Shown: piece by piece, positions 21,799 to 33,640 of the stretch | Layout: each line of letters starts with the position of its first letter | Numbering within the stretch: the stretch's first letter is position 1 | Origin: Phoronis australis | Lineage: Eukaryota; Animalia; Phoronida | DNA: 34,475 nt | NCBI GenBank assembly: GCA_002633005.1 | Contig: NMRA01000274.1 | Coordinates: 4,289 to 38,763 of the forward strand | Reading direction: 5' to 3' | Translations under genes and position numbers: made by a program | The notes under the pieces: generated by a model | Databases searched by the model: none | What the model was told of the DNA's origin: nothing | What the model saw: the letters and a program-made list of their open reading frames with translations, nothing else

Positions 21799-24158
21799 CC
21801 ATTTTCTGAGGCCTTTTTTGAAAATTGGTTACTAATACGCTGGTTTGCAAGTTGGTGAAATTGTCCACTGGGATATCAAAATTGGTGCATTGTAACCAAT
21901 TGAACGTTAAAAACGAAGCGCAGAGAAGTTATTTTGCACTAAAGAAAAATTGGACTTCTGAAATGGAACGTTCAACAACAAGACGTCTGTGATTTTTATT
22001 CAAGAATATTATTTTCACATTTTGTTCGTTTTTATCTCATACAGGATTCGGTTTCTGAAACGTGGCCCTTCATTTCTGTTATCGCTCATCCATCTTATTC
22101 TCGTTTTATTGTATGCGCCAACTCTAAGCATTTCATAAAATTTGTTACTATAGTAGATGCTCCGCATTTTATTTGTCGTCCCAGAAGTCATAATAACCCA
22201 TTTTCCCATTCAGAACTTGGTCTTTTATTTAATTCCCACTTTTCATGTCACTCGTTTGGGATAAAGAATGCATCGTAACAGCCTGAAAGCATTCGTGCCG
22301 GTGACTGACTAATTCATTTTTAAGATACAGGCAAATATATGTATATGTTTTCATGAAATATGCACATGTCTCAACCCCTTCTTACCGTAAAGTAAACGCT
22401 TTCCTAGTAACATAAAGTTGAGTCTGTCTTGAGATTATTTGGCGCGACCACAAACCAAAGTAGGCCAATTACATTCCAAGAAGCACGTTAATCAAAATTA
22501 TATTTCCTTTTACGCCGTCGACAAATTAAAACATAAAAGTTCAGTCATGTTCTTCAACTCCAACATACATTTTGTTTGAAGAAACTCCACTTACAGCCTC
22601 CAATGAAAGAGAGTGGCAATCCTTCCTAGAGGAGCTATCTCCATTGCCACAAAAAGATACGAAGAATAACCACCCTCTCACCCACCTCCTGCAGCACCAA
22701 AACCAACAACCACCACCTCCACAACTACTATTACCACCTCAACAAATATTAGGGAATCAAGGTACTCCACCGGCAGCCTCTAATGAAAGAGAATGACGAC
22801 CTTCCTGGAGGAACCATCCTCATTTAACCACATCATCTCCCTTCCTCTTTCACCCCACCCCTCCCTCCTTGCAGCACGTAGTGCAAGCAACGTCACGTAT
22901 CGAGGTAAAATAATGTCAGTTTCCAGATAATTTGATCAGTTCAATAAGGATCACGATAATTAAGTCTAGTTTAGTACAAACCACAGATATCAGTAGTTTG
23001 AAAGTCAGGGTAATCACAGTTGCGACGGTAATCAATAATTACAGTTAAGCCCATTGTAAACTATTACTGTGAAATTTATGTCTAGATAATGCATTATAAC
23101 CAAGACCATAAACATTTACAAAAAGGATAATGATTATTGCGACACTTGATACTTTGCTTCAACTGAAGTGAAAGAAAATCGCGACCCAACTTAGTGGAGC
23201 TATCCGTTCCTACAAAATGTACAAAGAACCTCCACCAACATCAACATTTCCACGACCACAAATATGACCACCATAGCCACCACAACCACACCTACCACTG
23301 TCACCTCCCTGACTCCTCCATCACTGTCATCCTCAGCACCACTTCCACCGAAAGAAGCAGGAACACCATCAAAACCACCCCGGCACTTCCTATAGCACTA
23401 CCACGACCACCTATTCTATTTAAGGTACGCCCCTGTCAGCCTCCAGTGTAAGGGAGTGGCGACCTTTCCTAGAGGAGCTATTCCCAATAAGATATGTAGC
23501 ATAAAAGCATGAAAGTTGTGAGGGGTGTCAAGGAAGCTCTCCATGAAAGCATCGAGAGTCCCTCTCTGAATAAACGAAGTGGATTAAGGTTCCATCTATC
23601 ACACTCATGAGATGGTGTCCTGACCTCAATACCGCGCCGTCTGGTTAAAACGCCACCTATTAGCCAGATGATAATAACACTAGCCAAGCTGAAGTCTGTG
23701 AGAGAAGGACGCTAATATAACGTCGTTAACTCTAGTAAGTTTTGTTTCAAATTCCAGTATTAGATTCAATTTTTTTCTATATATAGCATAACTACAGACT
23801 CCACCATTGTCATGACCACCACAACAAGCATTACAAGGTATTGATCCTTTGTTTTAAGGTGCTCCTCTGGCAGCCTTTAGTGAAAGTGGATCGACCAATA
23901 CCTATATAATGCATTGTAATCAAGAAGACCAATGTTTGAAAACGGGATAGTAATGATTGTGACATTTCATACTTTGCTTCCAAGTGAAACACCAGGGCGG
24001 CCGGTTGCATGAAACTTGCTATCCGGCGCATAAGGCCTTAAGCGCCGGATAACTTGGGTTGCAAAAGTCGTATAAAGTTATCCATCGTATAACTCATAAT
24101 ATCCGCCGAACAAAGTTACCCGACCATCAGACCTCGGATAACTTTTATACAAATCACA

Positions 24159-24462
24159 ATGAATGCACTGTATAAATTTCGACCAAGACAGAAGCAATTT
24201 GAGAGAGAACATACTGATCCTCTTAACAAATACACCGATGAAGAGCACAGAGAGAAATTTCGCTTCAAAGCGAGACGAGAAGCTATTTGTTTTATTTGTG
24301 GTATAGTAGATGAAAATATCAAGCCTGCCAATAACAGAAATTTCTCTGTGCCAACTTTAAATCAAGTGCTGATGTGCCTAAGGTACCTTGCAACTGGCAG
24401 CTTCATGAACGTTGTCGGTGACTTGTTCCACAGCGTGTACAAGTCAGCAGTCAGTCGAATAC
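24159..24462 (+). pseudogene. Harbinger (HARBI1-like) transposase N-terminus, truncated before the DDE core
   Basis: TDPLNKYTDEEHREKFRF..REAI...RNFSVPTLNQVLMCLRYLATGSFMNVVGD...KSAVSRI. Confidence 0.9.
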
Positions 24463-24559
24463 CTGATTCTATTGGTTTGTCCAGACCACTGAAGCCTGGC
24501 GTGTCAGCAAATAAGGATACGATTTTTTCTCACTTTCTTCCAGGGGTTTGGGGCGAGAG

Positions 24560-24838
24560 TCTCCTCCCGTTTTCCTGACTTCTTTGCAGGTGGTTCTGCA
24601 AAGCTCTCGTACCAGACACCATGTGCCTCCACTTCTTTTGCATCATATGCTGTTCTTGTTGCTGTGTCGAGACTTGTTATCTTTTCTGCTATCCCCTTCC
24701 AAACGGAGTTTTTTCCACCTTTGTCACTTTCTGACTGAACTTGCACTTAACAACTTGTAAGTTTGACTCGGCAAGTTCAGTCAGAAGGTTGATTTCATTT
24801 TTTGTCCTATTGCACGACCTTTTCTTTACTTCAGCCAT
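24560..24838 (-). pseudogene. Harbinger Myb/SANT-like DNA-binding accessory protein, frameshifted
   Basis: ATG at 24838: MAEVKKRSCNRTKNEINLLTEL...KFSQKVTKVEK / NSVWKGIAEKITSL..TRTAYDAK / KWRHM / RKTGG. Confidence 0.85.
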
Positions 24839-25511
24839 TTTGTCTGCACCATGGTAACAGGGATTATGGGTATTGTCTTAAATAGTATACTTTTTTGCTA
24901 TGCGCCGTATAACATGATAGATATTCGCCGGATAGTTATCCGAACCTTATCCACGTTTTGTGCAACCCAAATTTATAACTGTCCGGCGTATAAATCTTAT
25001 CCGCTGGATAGTCATACAGACTTTTATGCTACCGGGCCCAGCAGCTGCTAGTGAAAATGACTGGCGACCCTTCCTAGGGGAGTCATCCCTGTTACCTTTA
25101 AAAGAGTATGATCTCACTTAACGTCGTATTTAATTAAATCAAGACTACAATTACGTTAAGCCAGAGAAGGTTGCCAGAGAAAGGAAGGCAAACGTTTCCA
25201 CAGAACTTCATCATCTTTCACATCCCCTAAAAATCTACCTTCATTTCCTAAAATAAGCCTGTACCTCCCATCAGATTCCCCCTTCCCTTTCCTGCAACAC
25301 TCCCCTCTTTTGGCTTCCATTCCCTCGCTCTTTGCTTCCCCTCTTTCTCCCAGCAGTCCTCCACTTCCCTACCTGCCTACTACCCTACTTACAGCACAAT
25401 GCTTCCAACGCTACGTTTCCGTGCAAGGCAAGGTCAGCTTAAAGACAATTCGTTCAGTTCAATAAGGATCAAGGTGCGTGAGTTCAGTACAAACAGTAAT
25501 TAGTGCCAAGA

Positions 25512-26525
25512 ATCAACTTTCTGCTGTGCGCAGACGACATGGTGTACGTTCCTCTACCGCCATCAGCTTACAACTAAATTGTTTGGAAAATTTTTGAGAA
25601 TCATGGGTCATGCAAGTAAACTTCAAGAAAACCCAAGATGATCGTTATCAGAAATGGTTTTACAATGGAAACCATTAAAATCTTATCTAATCAAACAAAT
25701 AAAGCTGCTTCTGCAATTTGTAAATAAAGCGATGATGTCGTGATCTAATTCCGTCAATAGCCTTTCACCTGTTCGATAAAATTGTTTACCCCTGTTTGTG
25801 CGCTGAGATATGGCGCTTTAAAGAATATGAACAGTTGGAAAATGTACATATCAAGTTTTGTAAACGCATTTTAGGAGTAGTTGTTGTTCAAACTCGACAA
25901 TTATGAGAGAATGTGGTCGATTCCCCTTGTTTGCTAAATATTTGTATCCTCTATAAAATATTGGTTCAAAATACTGGAGATGCCTAGTAATCGTGGGGTA
26001 AAGGCAGCATATGATATGGTTTTTCAGTCAGATCAGATCGGAGGATCTTCTTATAACTAGGCAAGTTTTCATAAGGAAATTGTCTGTATATGGTTTTTCA
26101 GATGTATGGATTAATGAGGGTGTGGAGAACCAAGCGTATCTCTTGACAGTTTTTCCAGCGTGTCAGTCACTATTATTTGCAAGGCTAGCAAACTGATATC
26201 GAATGTAACCCAAAACCGTATTACTATGTGAGGTTTAAAACAATGTATTGTCTAGAGAATCATTTAGAAACAGCTAGTATCCCACGTGTTTCTATCCAGT
26301 CTCTGACTCGATTGCGATGCCCAAATCATTAGTTACTAGTGGAAAGAGGCCACCACACAAATATTCTCTATGAAAATATTCTGTGTGATTTATGTAATTC
26401 GGAATGTATAGAAGACGGATACCACTTAGTTTGCATCGTCCAGCATGCGCTCAAGCGAACCTGACAAGCTGTCTTCTATATGTAATACTTTGGGCCTATA
26501 GCCATATGTATATATTTTAATAAAG
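25512..26525 (+). mobile_element. 5'-truncated non-LTR retrotransposon, RT C-terminal region (RTE-X/L2-like)
   Basis: INFLLCADDMV (YADD motif), LFDKIV, EIW, KFCKRILGV, ECGRFPL, KYWFKIL, GFSDVW, LTRLRCPNH*LLVERG, CDLCNSECIEDGYH (zinc knuckle); AATAAA near 26519. Confidence 0.88.
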
Positions 26526-27210
26526 ATTACAGATATAACTATTGGTGTTTGGAAAAGCAGGATAATTGCCATTGAGATAATTGATGCTTTGCTTTGAGGT
26601 TCTCCACTGGCAGCTTCCAGTGAAAGGGAGTGGGGACAAATCCTAGAGGAACAATTACGATTCCCCTAAAAATATGCAGGACCACCACGGCCACCAGCAG
26701 TACCATTAACACCTCAACATTAAGGTATTCATCTTAAAGGTACTCTAATGGCAGCCTTCAGGCAAAGGGGATGGAGACCCTTCCTAAAAGAGCAATCATC
26801 ATTCCTGTAAAAACAGAGTGCGACCGCGGATACAGTTAGCATAATAGTTCATTACGTTAATCTAGCGGAGGTAGCCAGAGAAAGGAAAGAGGACCTTTCC
26901 ATGCTTACTTCCTCATCTTTCACACATGATAAAAATCCAACTGAAGTGCTTTAAAAAATCTCTCCCCGAGAATCCCCCTTTCCCTTCCTCGCTCCATTGC
27001 CGTCCCCTCCCCTCCCTCCACAAAACAAAGCGCTAAAACATAGCATATCCATGTAGACCACTGTTAGTTTCAAGACTATTCATTCAGTTCAATAAGGATT
27101 AAGATATGTAAGCCTAGGGTGCCTTCAGTAGACGCTAGGTGTACTAGTCAACACTTGCGCAAGAAATCTTCGCTCAAGGAACGGAAATAGGATGGATTGT
27201 GGGTGTTTAA

Positions 27211-27410
27211 ATGGTGGAGGCTATAGTAAAGTTAGTATTGAGTGAAGAGCTAAGTGACGATTCAGAAATTTTAATATTGTGTTCATTGTGTGAGAGTTCT
27301 CTAGCAGATACGGCAGTCGTGAGTGGTCTGAGGTCTAACAAAGGAGCCAGAATAGACGAGTTTGTGGAGAACGTTGTCATCTTCAACTTGTGAAGGGTCA
27401 TTTGGACTCA
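27211..27410 (+). pseudogene. Probable second Harbinger transposase 5' fragment
   Basis: Acidic leader, then ARIDEFVENVV and a frameshifted KGH.. patch resembling RIxxFVExVVxxY...FxxHFR; a possible GGGTGCCTTCAG terminus near 27117. Confidence 0.4.
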
Positions 27411-28089
27411 TATGAATACGAATAGGCGCCACATATTTGATTCAAAATGTAAGTTTAAGCATGACACATAGGCGGATTTAGCCCTCCCCCCCCTTGGCTG
27501 CCGCAAAAAAAATAAAGCAGCAAGAGCGTAGGGAAATGTTGAGTTGAAATGTTAATGTGTTTGGGGGGTCTCAGATCCAATTTCAAGTGTCAAATTCGGA
27601 ACACGGCTCAATCGTAACGAAAGCATGGCTAAGTATAGGCTCTCCCCGCGATATCCCAGGCGACCGGCAGTGGCGCTGCGCACTAAGACTCTGTTTCCGT
27701 CGTCTGCTTCACTGTGCAATGAAGAAAATTTACTTCATTTTTTAAAGAAAATGAAACCTGAGTGACGATCAAAAACAGAAGCTGCTGATAAGATGTGAAT
27801 TTTAATCGAAGCCTTAATGAATCACTCAGAAACTCATAATTCTCTCTTTGTCAAATCTTAACTTAAGACGATTTCCAAAGCAACCCCGTCATTATTGCCA
27901 ACACGAAAAACGGATTTGGTCTTTTGGGCTTTTTAAAACTATTTTAAATACAACAAATTTGTTAAGAACCAATTGCACAAAATATAAAACATGTAATAAT
28001 TATTACAAAAAGAAGTAGGTCTCGCGCGCAAACGCTGTGGACCACAAACAAATAGGTCCCTTATTATCACGATATGAGTGAAATTGTGC

Positions 28090-28143
28090 TGGTGCAGTGG
28101 TAAAGCACGCGCGCTCTATCCGCCAGGTCGTGATTTCGAGTCC
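28090..28143 (+). mobile_element. Degenerate tRNA-derived SINE head
   Basis: A box TGGTGCAGTGG and B-box-like ATTTCGAGTCC. Confidence 0.5.
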
Positions 28144-28193
28144 GTGATAATTGCAGTTTTTCATGTTTGATACGTTCCCCGTTTTTTTTTTTT

Positions 28194-28238
28194 NNNNNNN
28201 NNNNNNNNNNNNNNNNNNNNNNNNNNNNNNNNNNNNNN
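28194..28238. other. Assembly gap (45 N) between poly-T and poly-C runs
   Basis: Run of n characters. Confidence 1.
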
Positions 28239-28783
28239 CCCCCCCCCCCCCCCCCTTTGTGATATCCTTCCCAATTCGCATTGACCAATAAGGGACAAGT
28301 TCATATGCACACTATTATTCCTTGAAACAGTTAAAATCTGCCTACGACTTGCTGTGTCGGACTGTTCTCGGAAATGACATGATACGGAAAATTGAGCAAG
28401 TTTTAAATGAAATTCTCGAAGTTACAAGTTGTGGAAATAGGCTGGACAGCGAAAATTAAAAAAGATGGGACTTGGTAAATCAGAAGCTATTGTAATCTTA
28501 ACACCGATTGTTTTTTTAAGAACATCGACGCGTGTGCGGCAACTCGCCGACCGCGTCATTGATGCATCAACGTGTCAGAAATGACTGGTCACAAGATGAC
28601 ACTAAACGCGTTCCACAATACAGAAAGATATTGCCAAAACGCTTAAAGAACCAAGCCATTGTGCACTGGCTGCGTGGAACGGCGATAAAAAGGAATCTGG
28701 CCGTGAAATACAATGTCAGCTACAGGAAATATAACATCAAATACAGTGTAAGCCACAAAAGATCTTACAGCTAATACCGTGTC

Positions 28784-29024
28784 GAGGAGGCAGTGTGACC
28801 TGGTTGATAAGTGCCCGCTTTCTTTACTCGAGGTCGTGAGTTTGAGTCCCACCAGGTCACACTGCTAAACCCTTGAGCCAGGTTTCTAGCTCGGTTTTAA
28901 CCATATATTAATAAAGCATAAAAATATTTCCAGGTGATCAGTGCAATAGACCCGCATGCGAGGTCTGCGCACGTCTGGTACAACGTGTATCAGATCGCCT
29001 GCAATTATTTTTTATATTATAAAA
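28784..29024 (+). mobile_element. Full-length tRNA-derived SINE with 11-bp target-site duplication
   Basis: AATACCGTGTC at 28773-28783 and 29025-29035; head GAGGAGGCAGTGTGACCTGGTTG, B-box-like GAGTTTGAGTCCC, CCTTGAGCCAGG core-like motif and AT-rich tail. Confidence 0.85.
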
Positions 29025-29944
29025 AATACCGTGTCAGCCTCGGCAGATCACCACCAAATGCAGTGTCTAACATCAAATACAATAGCATCAACTGCAGCTC
29101 CACATTGAGTGTCAGCCGCGAACAGCGGTGTGCTGATACTTTGCCAGTACTCTACAGGCAGCCTCCAGAGAAAAGAAGTGGCAACCCTTCCCAGTAGAGT
29201 TATGCCCATGCCCTGAAAAGAGATCAATTACATATATCAGTTGAAGTCGCAGTTCCATTTACGTTAATCCAGCAGAACTTGCCAGATAAAGAAGTGGTGT
29301 AGTTTCCATGGTAACTTCATAATCTTTCACAATCGCTATAAATCCACCATCAGTGAAAACAATTCCCTCACGCCCATCAGATTTACACTTCCCTCTCCCC
29401 CTCACCCTCCCGTTCGTTCACTCTACTCTCTCTCTTTACAGAACAGTACTACCAAGGTCACGTATTCACATAAAACTCCATGTCAGATTCAAGACACGAA
29501 TCATTCAGATCAATATTAAGGACCAAGGTTCATGAGCCAAGAACAGTACAAACCATCTCCATTGGTGGTTTTCAAGGCCAGGATAATTACAGCTGCTACT
29601 ATTTAACATTAAGCATCAGATCAGTCATTATTGCTAAAACCCACAGCAAACCTGCTTCAAAATGTCTATATGGTGTGTTGATGTCTTGCCGATTGTCTAT
29701 TGGCCCAGTGCCCGCGGTTGTTGACAAGGTTAGTTATTGTTTCTATTCGACATTCGACGTCACAAGATGATCAATTCCGCAATGTTGACACAGTAAGAGC
29801 GGTTAGTCAAGTGAAAAATGAAACAACCGCCGCCAACACCACAGTTGTCACACCATTGCCAGGTTCACCATAATTACCACCACCATCACCACAGTGACCC
29901 ACGACACGTCAATCTGCATCACCACAATCATCACATCCATCTTC

Positions 29945-30007
29945 CCACCACCACCACCACTATCACCACCACCATCACCACCACCATCACCACCACCACC
30001 ACCACCA
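29945..30007. repeat. (CAC)n microsatellite within a CA-rich tract
   Basis: Directly visible. Confidence 0.95.
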
Positions 30008-30353
30008 TAATCCACCACCTGTTACAGTTGTCGCAAATTCATATTCTATAATCAAAAATCCATGAGGGCCTGAAACAGTGTGCTGTAGAGAAAATGACAA
30101 TATCAGTCACGAGACGATCACTTACATGCAAGTAATCAATGTTACAGTGCCCACGGTCGCGCACAGTTGTCAAGGAGACCTTGAAAGGCTTGCCCAGTGT
30201 GCTGTCTAAGAGATACAAAAGCAAAGTGTCTAAAACACTACGTAAGTAACATCCAGGGTAAAATCAGACTTGTTAAAAGCCATTTTCACACCTTGGCTCG
30301 AACAACTACAACAGCAACCTCAACACTCTTGGCCTACATTGGTTTAGGGACCT

Positions 30354-30785
30354 GGGCCGGTATCATGAGACAATCTAAATAAGGACTCAACGAAGTTCCT
30401 TAAATCTTTGGCGTATTATTTTACTCCTTATTTAATGACGCTGATGTAGTATTTTTTCTAACGTTTTATTTTTAATCTTAGCTCCTTGTTGCCTAAATGA
30501 CATCTTCTAATAATATAACAAAAATGAGCCACAGATAATAACTGGAACTAAAATAATTGGGACTTTGTCCATAAATTATGGACGTTGCATGAAAAAAGGC
30601 TTACTCATTTCCGATAATATCGAGAATTCACTCTCATTTTGTATCAAAGCCAAAAATTGACTTAGCAGTGAAACTGAAACAGTATCAGATAGGACAATCG
30701 ACGTTTCCAAAAGTCCACAAATACGCAGTAGATTCAGGGAACTTAGTTCAGTCCTTATTTGTGAGTGTTTAATGGAACTGGGCAC
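30354..30785. mobile_element. Harbinger-type MITE with degenerate ~55-bp TIRs
   Basis: GGGCCGGTATCATGAGAC..AAATAAGGACTCAACGAAGTTCCTTAAATCT versus the reverse complement of the right end GTGCCCAGTTCCATTAAAC..AAATAAGGACTGAACTAAGTTCCCTGAATCT. Confidence 0.7.
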
Positions 30786-33434
30786 TTAAGCACTTTTGTT
30801 GTGAGTGAGAAATTGAAAACAAACGTACCATACATACCCAGCTAAAACGTCATTGAAAAATCCAACATTGCATTAAAGTGATCGCTATGAAAAGCAAAAT
30901 CCCATTTGGCGAAGTGAGCAAAAAGGTCCACCTCAGAGAAACAAAAAGTCCTAGAAAACGAAACAAAAGTGCACTAAAAAGACGCACGCTACACAGTTGG
31001 GAATGCGGTACCCCGCTTTTTTTTAGTCCTCCTGATTTTTTGTCAGCAAAACGTCCATATGGACAGAAGTTCGAGCCCCCAATTTGAAGGCTGGGTGCAC
31101 GCATGTGGTACAGCATTCATTTTCTCTGAATGTTGAAATTAGACATCCAGTTAACATGAAGCGCCTCTGCTGGGAACACCATGTCTCGCCAGGTATAGGG
31201 ACCTCACTCATCTGAGGGGAAAGGTGCCTTACCTTCTACATGGGAAATTTTTGCGGCGTTCCTTACCAAGAGGGGAAGTTTTGCGTCATTTTTAAACTCG
31301 GGAGATTTTTGTGATGTTTATTTACTACACTATACTCTTCTATCGCAAACATTTTAAAGTTTGTTCTACACGCCATGCGTTCAGAATCCAATGCTGGTTT
31401 ACGTCGCCCATCAGCAGGGAAGTGGTGGTGTTAAGGATGAAGAGTGTCACTTTTGTTTTTGCAACCTTTATTCTTAGCCTTCCTTGTTTTCAGTAGGAAT
31501 TAAAGGGCTAAAAATATAAGACACAGTAAAGTTTTGTGCTAATCTATAAGGATGATGTGAAATGACTGCAAACATGATTGTCATTCCTTGCATACGGTTT
31601 TTCGACAGAGTGACGAATAGGTGGCTCCACTGGTATCAAAATTCTAAACGCTTATAATGAAATGAAACCAGTTGCGATAATTTGATGTGACGTGTACGCA
31701 ACCTCGTGAAAGAACAACAGTTTATTGAAGACTCGGCGAAAAAAGAAACTCGCCAATAGGTGACACAATATATTTCATGGCGCGGAAAGCTGACGCATAA
31801 GAACGCTCCACAACTATAGCAGCAGAATAACGGTAGAAAGGCAATTTTTCCAACACCGGTAAATAATTTAGTGTACTCAAGGAAAGGTGTAGTTTTTAAT
31901 GACACTAATTTTGTGTCAGATTTGATCAAGTCAGTTTTTTACCCACATTGGCACAAAGTTATATATTTAGTATACAGCTTTGTACCAAGGCTAAGTGGTA
32001 CCTCGCTGCATTTCGACAATAGTCTTCATACAGCTAGCTGGTTGCAAGACATTTAGATCCAAAAACGTTAACATAGTTTGTGGCTTGCAAAATAACACTA
32101 AATCATAAAATTCATTAAGTAACTAACTGACATTTACTTTAACTTGCTGTCTTTCGGCTGCCACCAAAATAGTCGTCCATTCCTTCGTTTTTGTCTACTG
32201 CAGACGACAAGCGGAACCACTTACCTACACGAGCAATCACCATTACCCGGGTTTTCCGTAGATAAGCCCATGTGCGTGTATTCGGCAAATGAAAATTTCC
32301 ACGTATTTCAGTCACACTAAATAAACGCCAGGGCGTTAATTCGGAAAGAGGGGCGTGTAAACGGAAAGTCATAGCCTCGGATGATATGAAAATTTCTGCG
32401 ATTTTTTGAATAAAACTGTGCTTTTTAATTTTAAGTTAATAAATTCATAACTCTCCAACACTTAGTTCGTTTTCTGTAAATGATAATGCTCCATAAAACT
32501 AAATTTGTTGCTAAAAGTTAACGCTAAGTGGGTTTTTAAGAGGACATTTTCCGAACAAACGCCCCGGCCACTATCTGGACACTTGACACCAAAAGTTGTA
32601 ACACCAAATAAACGCCCATGGGCGTTTCACTGGGTGGGCTTATCTACGGAAAATCCTGGTACCAAGAGTGCTGTAGGTTTCCCGAAATTAATTTTTATTG
32701 TCAAGTTGCGAATGGACTAAAACCGGCAATGCCCTTATGTACCACTGTGTGTTTTTTTTCCATAGACCCCGAAATTGCACAGACAAGGTAGTTCTGCTTG
32801 TCAACTCGCCGTGGAACCTGTATCAAAATGTAGAGCTAAAGACCGGACGGGAGCATGAAAAATCTGGGAATGAAACGACACTCACCTTGCCCGTTACAGG
32901 AGTTTAAAGTCCTTATCTTAAAATGCCAATGCGGCTCCAGTATCCGAAAATATTTGATAAATAAAATATTACTTTCGATACCCTTTCGTTATATTCTCTT
33001 CGCCTTTTGTGCCACAAGCGTTTTTTTACCTGTATTTGACCATTCTCTTTGAGCAGATAATTACAGGCTGTCATCGGTTATTTCCGTACCCGCATTTCCG
33101 GCTCGCCAGTTCAAGAACTTGTCCTGGGCCCGCCGCTGCCATTCCAAATTGGTGCACTCGATATTTCTTCACGCTGAGGGAATAACTTCTTTCGAAGGCC
33201 TTAGCTTGACTTCCATGCAGTTATTTTCACCATAGACTTTGTATTATTTCTGTAGGCCTATGTATGTTCACGTGGTCGCAGTTTCGACGTGTGCATGCAT
33301 AGACTATAGTACATGGACCGCCAAGTCCGTATACTTTAAGTGGACGAAATCTTGCGCACAAGCGTCATTATTCACTGGCGACACCTGGCTAAATTTTCTA
33401 GTGCAATTTCCGGCAAGTACGTTGTCTGCTAATC

Positions 33435-33640
33435 ATGGTCGGCTGCTGTGTGGCCGGTTGTTCGGCCACACACGCGAAATGCAAAGGCGTTCAAGTAATA
33501 GCTTCCATACCATCCGAAGACCCCATAATCGGCTGTGGGAAGAAAAGCTTATTTCTTGTGTCAACGTGAATGGCAGTTGTTTCAGAAATAAGACTTCATA
33601 CATTTGTTCAAGGCACTTTGAAGATGAACGTTTTTTAAGA
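33435..33640 (+). pseudogene. THAP domain relic, possibly the 5' part of a P-like transposon
   Basis: MVGCCVAGCS..., frameshift, SFHTI...LWEE...SYICSRHFEDERF; CATAGACT (a P-like terminus) upstream at 33231 and 33298. Confidence 0.8.

Larger units (their letters stand above)
23996..25038. mobile_element. PIF/Harbinger transposon, internal-deletion derivative
   Basis: CAG TSD (23993-23995, 25039-25041); imperfect TIRs GGCGGCCGGTTGCATGAAA / TTTTATGCTACCGGGCC; subterminal TTATCC/GGATAA repeats; two convergent gene stumps. Confidence 0.9.
27467..28346. mobile_element. Probable non-autonomous hAT-like element spanning the assembly gap
   Basis: CATAGGCGGATTT (27467-27479) / AAATCTGCCTACG (28334-28346), 11/13 inverted match; poly-C subterminal tracts; no TSD recovered. 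Confidence 0.5.
22572..29530 (+). other. Array of nine same-strand copies of a peptide-coding-like repeat (TPLAASSEREWRPFLEELS) with linked modules; decayed repetitive gene or complex repeat
   Basis: Cores start near 22584, 22764, 23167, 23427, 23861, 23989/25039 (split), 26601, 26742 and 29149. Shared downstream modules: YVxxxExARE at 25152, 26853, 29260 and QFNKD-like at 22937, 25455, 27085, 29506. Confidence 0.85.

Noticed and set aside
22560-26740. Splice-acceptor interpretation of the tttaag/tttgag before each motif core
   Set aside because: Not adopted as a call: the upstream bases are also conserved as a coding-like GATACTTTG (DTL), and short units run directly into the next copy.
22572-29215. 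CRISPR-like reading of the recurring ~55-bp motif
   Set aside because: Copies are divergent, spacing ranges from ~140 bp to kilobases, there are no cas genes, and the context is eukaryotic.
29818-30051. His/Thr-rich ORF (also 23194-23451)
   Set aside because: Driven by CAC-rich low complexity; not supportable as standalone genes, though possibly linkers of the decayed repeat gene.
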